A DNA stretch of 40,097 nucleotides from Minisyncoccota bacterium (GCA_041661005.1 JBAZVG010000001.1:72019-112115); one strand, 5' to 3'; shown: positions 18,252-27,818, counted from the first letter of the stretch. Notes: generated from the letters alone by a model not told the origin. Program-made: numbers and translations.

Positions 18252-19073
18252 ATGTCTTCTTTAAAGATCGGAATAGTCGGTTTACCAAATGTGGGGAAAA
18301 GTACATTATTTAACGCGCTTACGAAACAAAGCGTGCCGGCAGAAAATTATCCCTTTTGCACGATTGACCCATCGGTAGGTATTGTGCCGGTGCCGGATGA
18401 ACGGCTGGAGAAGCTTTCAGTTATGTCTAAATCCAAAAAAACCATACCTGCTGTGGTGGAGTTTGTCGACATTGCCGGATTGGTGAAAGGTGCCAGCACT
18501 GGCGCCGGATTGGGAAATAAATTCTTGTCACATATTCGTGAGGTAGATGCGATAATTGAAGTTGTCAGAATCTTTGAAGATAAAGACATGATTCATGTTC
18601 ACGATAAAGTTGATCCGCTTTTTGATATAGAAGTTATAAATATGGAACTCGAACTTGCGAATATAAAAAAGCCAACGCTTTATGTTTTGAATACATCCGA
18701 GGCGGCGGAAAATGTTAAAAAAGATTTTATCTCTAAATTACCCGGCCCACACATCGAAGTCGATCCTATTTTTGGCAAAGGACTGGATAAGCTTATTCAG
18801 GCTGGATATGATTTATTAGATTTGATCACTTTTTTTACTACTGGTGAGGATGAGTCAAGGGCTTGGACGACAAAAAGAGATGCAAAAGCGCCAGAGGCTG
18901 GACGTTCTATCCACAATGATTTTAAAGAAAAATTTATTAGAGCAGAGGTGATAAATTGGAAAGATTTATTAGACTGCGGTTCGTATGCAGTCGCCCGTTC
19001 AAAAGGATTAGTGCGCACTGAAGGGAAAGAGTATATTGTAAAAGACGGGGATGTAATAGAGTTTTTGATATGA
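18252..19073 (+). CDS. ychF: YchF ATPase, shortened
   Basis: GLPNVGKST, YPFCTIDP, DIAGLVKGA, TGS domain ending EGKEYIVKDGDVIEF; only 273 aa. Confidence 0.93.
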   Translation: MSSLKIGIVGLPNVGKSTLFNALTKQSVPAENYPFCTIDPSVGIVPVPDERLEKLSVMSKSKKTIPAVVEFVDIAGLVKGASTGAGLGNKFLSHIREVDAIIEVVRIFEDKDMIHVHDKVDPLFDIEVINMELELANIKKPTLYVLNTSEAAENVKKDFISKLPGPHIEVDPIFGKGLDKLIQAGYDLLDLITFFTTGEDESRAWTTKRDAKAPEAGRSIHNDFKEKFIRAEVINWKDLLDCGSYAVARSKGLVRTEGKEYIVKDGDVIEFLI

Positions 19074-19990
19074 TTAAACTTTTTTATTCAAAAGATTGGA
19101 TTGATTATGAACTCCTAGATACAGGCGAAGGGGAGAAGCTGGAGCGGTTTGGTCCGTATGCTTTTGTGCGACCGTATGAAGATGCTGTCTGGCCGAAGGC
19201 ACTGACGAAGGAAGTGAAAGAAATGTGGGCAAATGCTGATGGAAAGTTTTGGAGTTCAAAAGTTGGTGCAAAAGCTGGCTGGAAAATGATGTCAAAGGGC
19301 ATCTTTGACAAGGACAAGAAGTGGGAGATGGAATACAAAGGTATTAAATTTTTGGCTTCGCCTACACCGTTTAGGCATTTGGGATTTTTTCCTGAACAAG
19401 CAAGCCACTTCGATTTTATTGAAACGAAAATTAAGGAAGCAAAATCCGCCAGAGGCGGGCAAGTTAAATTTTTAAATTTATTTGGTTATACTGGAGTAGC
19501 TAGTCTTTTTGCGCTTCGTGCAGGTGCAGAGGTGACGCACTTGGATGCTTCAAAGCAAACTTTAGATTGGGCAAAAGAAAATCAAAAATTAAATACTGAG
19601 CTTGTCGAAGCGCCTATGCGTGTGATTGAGGATGATGCCATAAAATTTCTTGAACGTGAAATAAAAAGGGGCAATAAATACGATGCGATCATCATGGATC
19701 CGCCGAAATTTGGTAGGGGGCCGAAAGGGGAAGTGTGGAAAATTGAAGAAATGTTGCCGAAACTCCTCTCTTTAGTGCAGAAAGTTTTGAGCGATAAGCC
19801 TCTTTTTGTTATTCTAACTTCTTATGCCATTGATTCTTCTTCACTCCCTCTCGGATACGCCCTCGAGGAAATGATGAAAAATTTTAGGGGGAACATCGAA
19901 GCGGGGGAACTTTGCGTATTAGAAAAATCTAATAATCGCATTATCCCGCTTGCTAATACTGCGGTTTGGGGTGCAGATATGATAAAATAG
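19070..19990 (+). CDS. class I SAM-dependent (RlmI/RlmK-like) rRNA methyltransferase
   Basis: DYELLDTG, HLGFFPEQ, LNLFGYTG, THLDAS, IMDPPKF. Confidence 0.88.
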   Translation: MIKLFYSKDWIDYELLDTGEGEKLERFGPYAFVRPYEDAVWPKALTKEVKEMWANADGKFWSSKVGAKAGWKMMSKGIFDKDKKWEMEYKGIKFLASPTPFRHLGFFPEQASHFDFIETKIKEAKSARGGQVKFLNLFGYTGVASLFALRAGAEVTHLDASKQTLDWAKENQKLNTELVEAPMRVIEDDAIKFLEREIKRGNKYDAIIMDPPKFGRGPKGEVWKIEEMLPKLLSLVQKVLSDKPLFVILTSYAIDSSSLPLGYALEEMMKNFRGNIEAGELCVLEKSNNRIIPLANTAVWGADMIK

Positions 19991-19994
19991 ACAT

Positions 19995-21092
19995 ATGTTT
20001 ATTTTAGGTGGTATAATTGGTATTCTTATAATAGGTATTTTTATTATTAGTCGTAATTCAACAAACATGGAAACACAAACAAATATTATAAAATCTAGGT
20101 TTAATATAGGGTTCTTTTTCTTGTCTTTGGGTGTATTGGTATCGTTAATAACTTCGGTCGTATCGTTTCTTAATCTTGTTTTTGAAACGCTCAACAAGCG
20201 TTTTCCGGATGTTTTGAATTCTAATTATCAATATGGATATTCCACTTATGAATACGAAAGTATTCGCATGGCGCTTGCCACACTCATTATCTTTTTTCCG
20301 GTTTTTATTATTATTTCTTATTTCTGGAAAAAGTTTAAAAAGGCCGGAATAGGAAATATAGATGAAATTGTCAGGAAATGGGTTATCTATATTATTCTAT
20401 TTCTTTCTTCGCTCATTATAGTGGGGGATCTTGTAACCCTTGTAAGATATTTTATTTCTGGAGAGATAACTTATAGGTTTATTCTGAAAGTTATAACGGT
20501 TTTAGTGGTTGCAGGTTTAGTGGGTTTTTATTATGTATTTCTACTTAGAGAAAAAGAGGGTTCTCAATCAAAGACTGATATGATCTTCGGAGTAGTTGGA
20601 ATTATCCTCGTTGTTGCTTCAATTTCTTATAGTTTTGTGATTATTGGCAGTCCTATGAAACAGAGGTTGCTTCGTCTGGATGACAGAAGAGTAAACGATT
20701 TACAGAACATTCAATACCAAGTTATTAATTTTTGGCAACAAAAAGAAAAATTGCCGGTAGATTTGAAAGAGCTTGCTAATCCGCTTTCTGGTTACTCTTT
20801 GCCTGTGGAACCTGAATTTGAAAAAGGAAAAAAATATGAGTATACAGTTAAGGGTCCACTTACTTTTGAACTTTGCGCTACATTTGCCTTACCTATACCA
20901 AAAGGTTGGCGTGAATATAGTGGAGGTGGAGTAACGCCAATGATTGCCTATGATAAAGGTATATCTAACACCTCTTATCCTTATCCTGGAGCTGGAATAA
21001 ACGAATCATGGGATCATCAAGAAGGACGCACTTGTTTTTCTCGCACGATAGACAAAGACATTTATCCCCCATATCCTAAGCCATTAAGATAA
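19995..21092 (+). CDS. multi-TM membrane protein (DUF5671-like)
   Basis: Several TM segments, RKWVIYIILF, DDRRVNDLQNI, KLPVDL, FELCATF. The true start may be ATG 20067. Confidence 0.6.
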   Translation: MFILGGIIGILIIGIFIISRNSTNMETQTNIIKSRFNIGFFFLSLGVLVSLITSVVSFLNLVFETLNKRFPDVLNSNYQYGYSTYEYESIRMALATLIIFFPVFIIISYFWKKFKKAGIGNIDEIVRKWVIYIILFLSSLIIVGDLVTLVRYFISGEITYRFILKVITVLVVAGLVGFYYVFLLREKEGSQSKTDMIFGVVGIILVVASISYSFVIIGSPMKQRLLRLDDRRVNDLQNIQYQVINFWQQKEKLPVDLKELANPLSGYSLPVEPEFEKGKKYEYTVKGPLTFELCATFALPIPKGWREYSGGGVTPMIAYDKGISNTSYPYPGAGINESWDHQEGRTCFSRTIDKDIYPPYPKPLR

Positions 21093-21109
21093 AAATCGAA
21101 AAAATAACA

Positions 21110-21140
21110 AAAAACTGCTTTTGCAAAAAAGCGGTTTTTT
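21110..21140. terminator. intrinsic terminator-like hairpin
   Basis: aaaaactgctttt-gca-aaaaagcggtttttt, with A and T tracts on both sides. Confidence 0.6.
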
Positions 21141-21155
21141 GTTTATTATGTAGGG

Positions 21156-24125
21156 ATGAAAGAATATAACCACTTAAAGATAGAAAGTAAATGGCAGAAA
21201 GAATGGGAAAAAAAAGGGATTTATCATGCAGAGAACCCTACCAAGGACGGGGCAAGTAATTCAAAAAAACCCAAATATTATAGTTTAATTGAGTTTCCTT
21301 ACCCATCCGGCGAGGGTCTTCATGTTGGACATCCACGGCCTTATATAGGAATGGATATAATTTCTAGAAAAAGAAGGTTGCAAGGATACAATGTCTTGTA
21401 TCCTATTGGCTGGGATGCATTCGGCTTACCGACAGAGAATTACGCCATAAAAACAGGCAAGGACCCGAGAGTTGTCACTAAAAAAAATACTGATACTTTC
21501 CGTAAACAGATACAATCGCTTGGCATTTCTTTTGATTGGTCTCGAGAGATAAATACTACTGATCCAAAATATTACAAATGGACGCAATGGATATTTTTGC
21601 AGTTTTTGAAAAAAGGTTTGGCTTACAAAAAGAAGATGGAGATAAATTGGTGCCCGAAAGATAAAATCGGTCTGGCTAATGAAGAAGTGATAACCCGTTC
21701 GACAGGCTCAGGGCAAGCTGGCTATTGTGAGCGATGTGGGACTCCTGTAGAAAAAAGAGAAAAAGAACAATGGATGCTCGCTATTACAAAATACGCTGAT
21801 AGGCTTTATAAAGATTTAGATGAAGTGGATTATTTGCCTCAGATAAAACTGGGGCAGAGGAATTGGATAGGGAAGAGTGAAGGCGCGGAAATAGATTTTA
21901 AAATCAAAGATAGTAGTGAAAAAATAAAAATATTTACTACGCGCGCTGATACTATTTTTGGTGCTTTTGCGGTCATACTTGCGCCAGAACATGAATTGGT
22001 GCAAAAATCAAAATCACAAATTAAAAATTTTAGTGAAGTTGAAAAGTATTTAAATGAAGTAAAAAAGAAAACAGACATAGAACGCACCTCCGAAGATAAA
22101 GATAAAACAGGAATTGAATTAAAGGGATTGAAAGCAATAAATCCAGTAAATAATGAAGAAATTCCTATTTGGATTGCGGATTTCATTTTGGTTCAATATG
22201 GCACAGGAGCTGTCTTTGCAGATATGCATGATGAGCGTGATTTTGCATTCGCAAAAAAATACAAGATGTCGATGCGTCAGTCAGTCATGCCTTTGTTTGA
22301 AGATAAAGTGCATCCATGGGTTAAGGATAAAAAAATAGTAGAAAGAAAAGCGATACATGCTGTGATTAGAAAAAATAATGGGGACATCCTGCTTCTTTAT
22401 TGGAAGGGTGAAGAATGGAAGGGTAAACCTCCGGTTACTTTTGTCATAGGTGGTGTTGAGAACGGTGAGAATTTGATTGATGCCGCTATGCGAGAAATAA
22501 GAGAAGAAACAGGTTTTTTAAATTTAAAATTTGTTGAACAATTGCCAATATCTACTCAATCCAGATTTTTTGCCGCCCATAAAGATGTTAACAGGATTGC
22601 GAATGTAACTTGTCTTGTTTTTGATTTAATAAATGAAGATCGTGCGGAAGTTGATAAGAAAGAAAAAAAACTTCACGATTGGAAATTTGTCTCTGTAAAT
22701 AAAGTTGCGCAAGATCTGAATATTGAAGATGATAAATTGTTTTTTAATTATCTAAATAAGCCTTCAACATTTGTTGGTGAGGGCGTGTTGATAGATTCTG
22801 GTAAATTTACCGGTATGCCATCTGTAGAAGCTCGTCAAAAAATAATAAAAGAAGTGGGTGGTAAAATAGTCACCAAATTCAAACTTCGCGATTGGGTTTT
22901 TTCGAGACAGAGATATTGGGGCGAGCCGATTCCGGTGATTTTTTGTAATACTTGTGGGACAGTGCCAGTGCCGGAAAAAGATTTGCCGGTAGAACTTCCA
23001 AAAGTTAAAAATTATCAGCCGACAGATAGTGGTGAATCACCACTCGCAAACATAAAGAGTTTTGTGGACACTCGGTGTCCACTATGTAAAGGCAAAGCGA
23101 AGAGGGAAACAGACACAATGCCAAATTGGGCAGGAAGCTCTTGGTATTATTTGCGATATGTTGATTCGAAAAATAATAAAGCTTTTGCAGGGAAAAAGAA
23201 TTTAGAATACTGGCTCGGGAATGACCAAGTTGTTGGTGGAGTAAATTGGTATAACGGAGGCAATGAACACACTACTTTACATCTTTTGTATTCTCGTTTT
23301 TGGCATAAATTTTTATATGATTTAAAACTTGTGCCTACAAATGAGCCATATATGAAGCGAACTTCGCATGGCATGATTTTAGGCGAAGGGGGAGTTAAAA
23401 TGTCTAAATCTCTAGGTAATGTGATCAATCCAAATGAAATAGTGAAAACATACGGCGCAGACACGATGCGTGTTTATGAAATGTTTATGGGGCCGTTTGA
23501 TCAATCCGTCGCTTGGTCTACGGAGAGCATCATCGGTGCAAGGAGATTTATTGAAAAAGTTTGGAGAATTCAGGCGAAGCTTGTGAATGATTTTGAACGG
23601 TCTGGCCGGGGGAGGGACCCGGAGAACCGAGGACCTGAAAAATTATTCACAAGCGAAGCCTATATAAATCTAAAAAGATTACTACACAAAACCATCAAAA
23701 AAGTTTCTGAAGACATTGAAGATATGCGTTTTAATACTGCTGTTTCTTCTATGATGATTCTGGCAACAGAGATGGAGAAAGCTGAGAATGTTTCCGTAGA
23801 TGATTTCAAAATGTTTTTAAAAATTCTTTCGCCTTTTGCGCCACATGTGACGGAAGAATTGTGGAGCATGCTTGGTGAAAAGAAAACAATCAATCTTTCG
23901 GAATGGCCGAAATGGGAAGAGAGTTTGATAAAAGATGAAGAGGTAAAAATTATGGTACAAATAAACGGCAAAGTCAGAGGTGAAATCATTATCCATGTGG
24001 ATGAACAGAAAGAAGATGTAAGAGATAAAGCTCTCAAAGACGCTGACATAGTGAAATACGTTGAAGGTAAAGATATTAAAAGAATAATCTATGTAAAAGG
24101 TAGACTTATTAACATTGTTTTGTAA
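21156..24125 (+). CDS. leuS: leucine--tRNA ligase with an internal Nudix domain
   Basis: FPYPSGEGLHVGH (HIGH), CP1 motifs FTTRADT and GTGAV..HDERD, SRQRYWGEPIP, KMSKS; Nudix box GGVENGENLIDAAMREIREETGF. Confidence 0.97.
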   Translation: MKEYNHLKIESKWQKEWEKKGIYHAENPTKDGASNSKKPKYYSLIEFPYPSGEGLHVGHPRPYIGMDIISRKRRLQGYNVLYPIGWDAFGLPTENYAIKTGKDPRVVTKKNTDTFRKQIQSLGISFDWSREINTTDPKYYKWTQWIFLQFLKKGLAYKKKMEINWCPKDKIGLANEEVITRSTGSGQAGYCERCGTPVEKREKEQWMLAITKYADRLYKDLDEVDYLPQIKLGQRNWIGKSEGAEIDFKIKDSSEKIKIFTTRADTIFGAFAVILAPEHELVQKSKSQIKNFSEVEKYLNEVKKKTDIERTSEDKDKTGIELKGLKAINPVNNEEIPIWIADFILVQYGTGAVFADMHDERDFAFAKKYKMSMRQSVMPLFEDKVHPWVKDKKIVERKAIHAVIRKNNGDILLLYWKGEEWKGKPPVTFVIGGVENGENLIDAAMREIREETGFLNLKFVEQLPISTQSRFFAAHKDVNRIANVTCLVFDLINEDRAEVDKKEKKLHDWKFVSVNKVAQDLNIEDDKLFFNYLNKPSTFVGEGVLIDSGKFTGMPSVEARQKIIKEVGGKIVTKFKLRDWVFSRQRYWGEPIPVIFCNTCGTVPVPEKDLPVELPKVKNYQPTDSGESPLANIKSFVDTRCPLCKGKAKRETDTMPNWAGSSWYYLRYVDSKNNKAFAGKKNLEYWLGNDQVVGGVNWYNGGNEHTTLHLLYSRFWHKFLYDLKLVPTNEPYMKRTSHGMILGEGGVKMSKSLGNVINPNEIVKTYGADTMRVYEMFMGPFDQSVAWSTESIIGARRFIEKVWRIQAKLVNDFERSGRGRDPENRGPEKLFTSEAYINLKRLLHKTIKKVSEDIEDMRFNTAVSSMMILATEMEKAENVSVDDFKMFLKILSPFAPHVTEELWSMLGEKKTINLSEWPKWEESLIKDEEVKIMVQINGKVRGEIIIHVDEQKEDVRDKALKDADIVKYVEGKDIKRIIYVKGRLINIVL
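23579..23654. repeat. intragenic palindromic element in leuS (16-bp arms, one mismatch)
   Basis: gcttgtgaatgatttt ... aaaattattcacaagc around a GC-rich core. Confidence 0.85.
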
Positions 24126-24147
24126 ATTTTAGGAATGTAATTTTATC

Positions 24148-25476
24148 GTGATTTTTAGAATTGAAAAAAAAATTTCTACTAAGAATAAATTTGCCTTAGG
24201 CGAAAAAAAATATTTAGGCAGAGCGGGAGTTTTGACAACCTCCCACGGGAACATTCTGACTCCAGCTTTTGTGCCTGTGGGCACCAAAGCCAGTGTAAAG
24301 TCGTTAACACCCGAACAAGTGAAAGGTTCGGGCGCGGAAATTATTTTATCCAACACTTATCATTTATATTTACAGCCGGGCGATGAATTAGTTGCCAGAG
24401 CTGGAGGCTTGCATAAATTTATGAATTGGAATAGTCCGATAATGACTGATTCTGGTGGGTTTCAAGTTTTTTCCTTGGGAGTTGCTTATGGTAAGGAGAT
24501 ATCTAAAATTACTAAAATCACTGACCCATCTCTCCTTATTCCTGAACGTTTTGATGATTCCGGAGCTCCTCGTTTGGCAAAAATCGGGCAAGACGGTGTC
24601 TCTTTCAAATCGCATTTGGATGGTTCCATTCATTACATTACCCCGGAGAAGTCAATACAGATTCAGCACAATCTCGGCGCGGATATTATTTTTGCATTTG
24701 ATGAATGCACTTCTCCTAGTGAGGATTTGCGGTATCAAGAAGAAGCGCTTGAGCGCACGCATCGCTGGGCAGAGAGGAGTTTGGTGGAGCATAAGAAGTT
24801 AAGCGAGGAGAGAAAAGCTTTCCTTGCGGGGTCGCTGTCTGTGCGTGCTCGCACAGCGCTGCCTCTCGGCTCGTCAGCCTGTGAGACACCCCGCAAGGAA
24901 ACTTTTCTCTCCTCGCCTGCACTTTTTGGTATTGTGCAAGGCGGGCGAGACGAAAATTTACGCAAGAAATCTGCAAAGTTTTTGGCAGGTTTGGATTTTG
25001 ATGGTTTTGGAATCGGTGGATCATTTGCAAAAGAAGATATGTCGATGGCGGTGAAATGGGTAAATGGAATCTTACCAGAAGAAAAGCCCAGACATTTACT
25101 CGGCATCGGTGAGCCCGAAGACTTGTTTGGGGCGATAGAGAATGGTTGTGATTTATTTGACTGTGTCGCGCCTACGCGTATTGCTCGTAACGGTCAGCTT
25201 TATACCAAGAATGGAAAAATAAACATAATGAATGCGAAATATAAAAATAATTTCGATTCGATTGAAAAAGATTGCGGTTGTTATGTCTGCAAAAATTACA
25301 CTTGCGCGTATTTGACGCATCTTTTTCACGGAAAAGAAATGCTTGCCGCGACACTCGCTTCCATGCATAATTTATATTTTATTATTAACTTAGTGAAAAA
25401 AATAAGGCAGTCGATCCTGGAAGATAACTTTTTTGAGTTTAAAGATGAATTTTTAAAAGAGTATCTAAAAGTTTGA
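24148..25476 (+). CDS. tgt: queuine tRNA-ribosyltransferase
   Basis: TPAFVPVGT, NTYHL, TDSGGFQVFSL, FDEC, FGIVQGG, RHLLGIG, DLFDCVAPTR, C-C-C-H zinc site. Confidence 0.97.
   Translation: MIFRIEKKISTKNKFALGEKKYLGRAGVLTTSHGNILTPAFVPVGTKASVKSLTPEQVKGSGAEIILSNTYHLYLQPGDELVARAGGLHKFMNWNSPIMTDSGGFQVFSLGVAYGKEISKITKITDPSLLIPERFDDSGAPRLAKIGQDGVSFKSHLDGSIHYITPEKSIQIQHNLGADIIFAFDECTSPSEDLRYQEEALERTHRWAERSLVEHKKLSEERKAFLAGSLSVRARTALPLGSSACETPRKETFLSSPALFGIVQGGRDENLRKKSAKFLAGLDFDGFGIGGSFAKEDMSMAVKWVNGILPEEKPRHLLGIGEPEDLFGAIENGCDLFDCVAPTRIARNGQLYTKNGKINIMNAKYKNNFDSIEKDCGCYVCKNYTCAYLTHLFHGKEMLAATLASMHNLYFIINLVKKIRQSILEDNFFEFKDEFLKEYLKV
24803..24916. repeat. 114-bp intragenic palindromic element in tgt, same family as mnmA 2988-3098
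   Basis: 28-bp arms with one bulged C; 57-bp core; 38 codons in frame. Confidence 0.95.
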
Positions 25477-25557
25477 ACCGAGGGATAGTTTTACTTATAC
25501 ACTTGTATAAGGGGGGTTTACATTTTTTGTATAAGTTGGTATACTAATTTTAATTAA

Positions 25558-26952
25558 ATGGGCAAGCAAAAATTAAAAAAACCTGAAAGGAATTGGAAAA
25601 AATTTTGGAAACTGGGAGCGGAGGAGTTCAACACTCAATTTTTTAATGTGAATAAAGAAGGAGAATTGACAGCTACCGAAGGTCATCATATTTATAATTT
25701 AAGCGATCTCGCGCGCAAATATGGAACACCTCTTCAGGTGATATTTCCATTTATCATAGAAGATCGTCTAAAAGATCTGATTGGTTATTTTCAGGCCTAT
25801 ATGAAAATATATGGATACAAAGGCAAATTCTTTTATCATTATCCAATGAAGGTAAATCAGAATAAGGAATTTATCCTTTCTCTACTTTCAGAAGGCGCAA
25901 ACCTAGAAGCGACATCAGTCAATGAACTTTGGATTGTAAAGAAACTTTGGGAAGGTGAAAAATTTAACAGCAAAATTCGTGTACTTTGCAATGGCCCAAA
26001 AACCGATGCCTATCTAGATTTGATAGAAGAATTGCGTGGAAAGGGTATGAATGTCGTGCCAATTATGGAAAGCTTGGAAGAAGTGGAAAGGCTTTCTAAA
26101 TATAGGGGAGACATTGGTGTGCGAGTAGATTTGAATGTTAAAACTGATTCTCATTGGGATAAAAAGTTTGATCGTTTTGGACTTTCCGAAAAAGATGTGC
26201 TGGATTTAGGTAAATTAAAAAATCTTAAAATCATGCATTATCACATGGGTTCCCAGATCAAAACACAGAAGAGTATTCTGGATGCAGTCAAGCATGCTTT
26301 TAGTATTTATACGCAATTACAAAAAACGCATCCATCGCTCGATACGATAGACATGGGTGGGGGATTCGGTATTCCGTATGAAAAGAAAAAATTTTATACT
26401 GCAAAGGGTGTTTCTAGTAAGATTATTAAAGTGCTAAAAAATTTATCGGATAAGGCTGGAATTAGGCATCCGAACTTGGTGGTGGAGTGGGGTCAGTATA
26501 TTGTCGCTCCTGCAGAAATGACGATTTACAAAGTTCTTTTTAAGAAAATTATACCAAAAGCAAACGCCAAGGCTTGGTATATCATTGATGGAAGTTTTAT
26601 GAATGATTTAAAAGATATTTGGGCAATTCATCAGAAGTTCCATATAATTCCTGTGAACAATATGCATGGAGATTTAAAAACGACGTGGCTTGCAGGTAGT
26701 ACTTGCGATTCAGATGACAAATACACCGCCGGAGGCAATTATATTCTTTTACCAAAACTCAAAGATGGACAGGATCAGTTTTTAGCAATTTTAGATACCG
26801 GCGCATATCAAGATGGCTTGGCATCTCACCACTGTCTGCTTTCTGCGCCCACAAAAATAGTTGCTCAAGATGGGATGATCAAAGTCGCTCGCAGACGCGA
26901 AACGGCGGAATCTATAGGCAGACTTTTTGGTTGGAATGGGGATCCTAAATAA
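25558..26952 (+). CDS. PLP-dependent fold-III decarboxylase, probably arginine decarboxylase (short SpeA-like)
   Basis: YPMKVNQ (PLP Lys), CNGPK, KFDRFGL, HYHMGSQI, IDMGGGFG, STCDSDD, GAYQ; close to an agmatinase gene. Confidence 0.8.
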   Translation: MGKQKLKKPERNWKKFWKLGAEEFNTQFFNVNKEGELTATEGHHIYNLSDLARKYGTPLQVIFPFIIEDRLKDLIGYFQAYMKIYGYKGKFFYHYPMKVNQNKEFILSLLSEGANLEATSVNELWIVKKLWEGEKFNSKIRVLCNGPKTDAYLDLIEELRGKGMNVVPIMESLEEVERLSKYRGDIGVRVDLNVKTDSHWDKKFDRFGLSEKDVLDLGKLKNLKIMHYHMGSQIKTQKSILDAVKHAFSIYTQLQKTHPSLDTIDMGGGFGIPYEKKKFYTAKGVSSKIIKVLKNLSDKAGIRHPNLVVEWGQYIVAPAEMTIYKVLFKKIIPKANAKAWYIIDGSFMNDLKDIWAIHQKFHIIPVNNMHGDLKTTWLAGSTCDSDDKYTAGGNYILLPKLKDGQDQFLAILDTGAYQDGLASHHCLLSAPTKIVAQDGMIKVARRRETAESIGRLFGWNGDPK

Positions 26953-26954
26953 AT

Positions 26955-27404
26955 ATGGATAAGAACAAAATTTATATTAGTTTTATTCTTATAATTATTT
27001 TTTTTGTTTTTCTTTTTCTCATTTCCCAAAAACATAATCTGGAAGATATTAAGGGTGTGAAAATAAATGGGCAGGATGTTAAAGTAGATTTGGCTTTGAC
27101 GACAGACGCGCAGGCGCAAGGACTTTCGGGTCGGAGTGGATTGAAAACAAATGAAGGCATGTTTTTTATATTTTCCGAGTTCGGTAGTCATCCTTTTTGG
27201 ATGAAAGATATGAATTTTTCGATAGATATAATTTGGCTTGATGAAGATTTGCGTATAGTTTATATAAAAAGAGATGCTCGTCCTGAATCGTATCCGGAAA
27301 CATATAGATCTCAAATCCCTAGTAAATATGTTCTGGAAGTTGTTTCCGGCTTTGCAGATAAAAATAATTTAAAAGAAGGGGATAGGGTGGAGTTTACATA
27401 CTAA
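26955..27404 (+). CDS. DUF192 family protein
   Basis: N-terminal TM, AQAQGLSGR, GMFFIF, FWMKDMNFSIDIIW, YVLEV..GFA. Confidence 0.9.
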   Translation: MDKNKIYISFILIIIFFVFLFLISQKHNLEDIKGVKINGQDVKVDLALTTDAQAQGLSGRSGLKTNEGMFFIFSEFGSHPFWMKDMNFSIDIIWLDEDLRIVYIKRDARPESYPETYRSQIPSKYVLEVVSGFADKNNLKEGDRVEFTY

Positions 27405-27427
27405 TTATTTTATAGTATAATTGTTTC

Positions 27428-27727
27428 TGGTCCTGTATTGGATAGCTACTCCGACGTAAAGTCGGGGAGGAAAGTCCGAACACAGCCTCGGCTTCGGTCG
27501 AGGAGAATGGTAGTGGGTAACGCCCACATATAGCAATATATAGTTGCGAACAGTGACGAACCGATTTAGTTCGGGTGAAACGGCTAAATACTTACTTCTG
27601 TGCAAGATCGTGCTCCGACTTCGGTTGGAGAGAATCGCTTGAGTCCTAGAGTAATTTAGGACCTAGATAAATTGCTATCTCTTTGCTTTGGCAAAGATAC
27701 AAAATTCGGCTTATAGATACAAGACCA
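27428..27727 (+). ncRNA. rnpB: RNase P RNA
   Basis: P4 motifs GAGGAAAGTCC and ACAAAATTCGGCTTA, GGTAACGCC, GGGTGAAACGG; P1 formed by tggtcctgtat and atacaagacca. Confidence 0.93.
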
Positions 27728-27735
27728 AAAACATG

Positions 27736-27763
27736 AAAAATCCTCTCGCAAGAGAGGATTTTT
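27736..27763 (+). terminator. rnpB terminator
   Basis: aaaaatcctctc-gcaa-gagaggattttt. Confidence 0.85.
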
Positions 27764-27783
27764 CTATTCAAGATACAAAAAAC

Positions 27784-27812
27784 TTGCATTTTTTTTGCAA
27801 GTATGCTACACT
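27784..27812 (+). promoter_or_regulatory. sigma70-type promoter
   Basis: TTGCAT-17 nt-TACACT with an extended TG. Confidence 0.7.
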
Positions 27813-27818
27813 AGAGAG

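Noticed and set aside
17455-25476. Alternative genetic code (TGA read as Gly, as in Gracilibacteria/Absconditabacteria)
   Set aside because: TGA ends the permease (17455-17457), ychF (19071-19073) and tgt (25474-25476) at their expected C-termini, and long genes have no internal TGA.
27405-27605. 66-aa minus-strand ORF
   Set aside because: It is antisense to the RNase P RNA gene.
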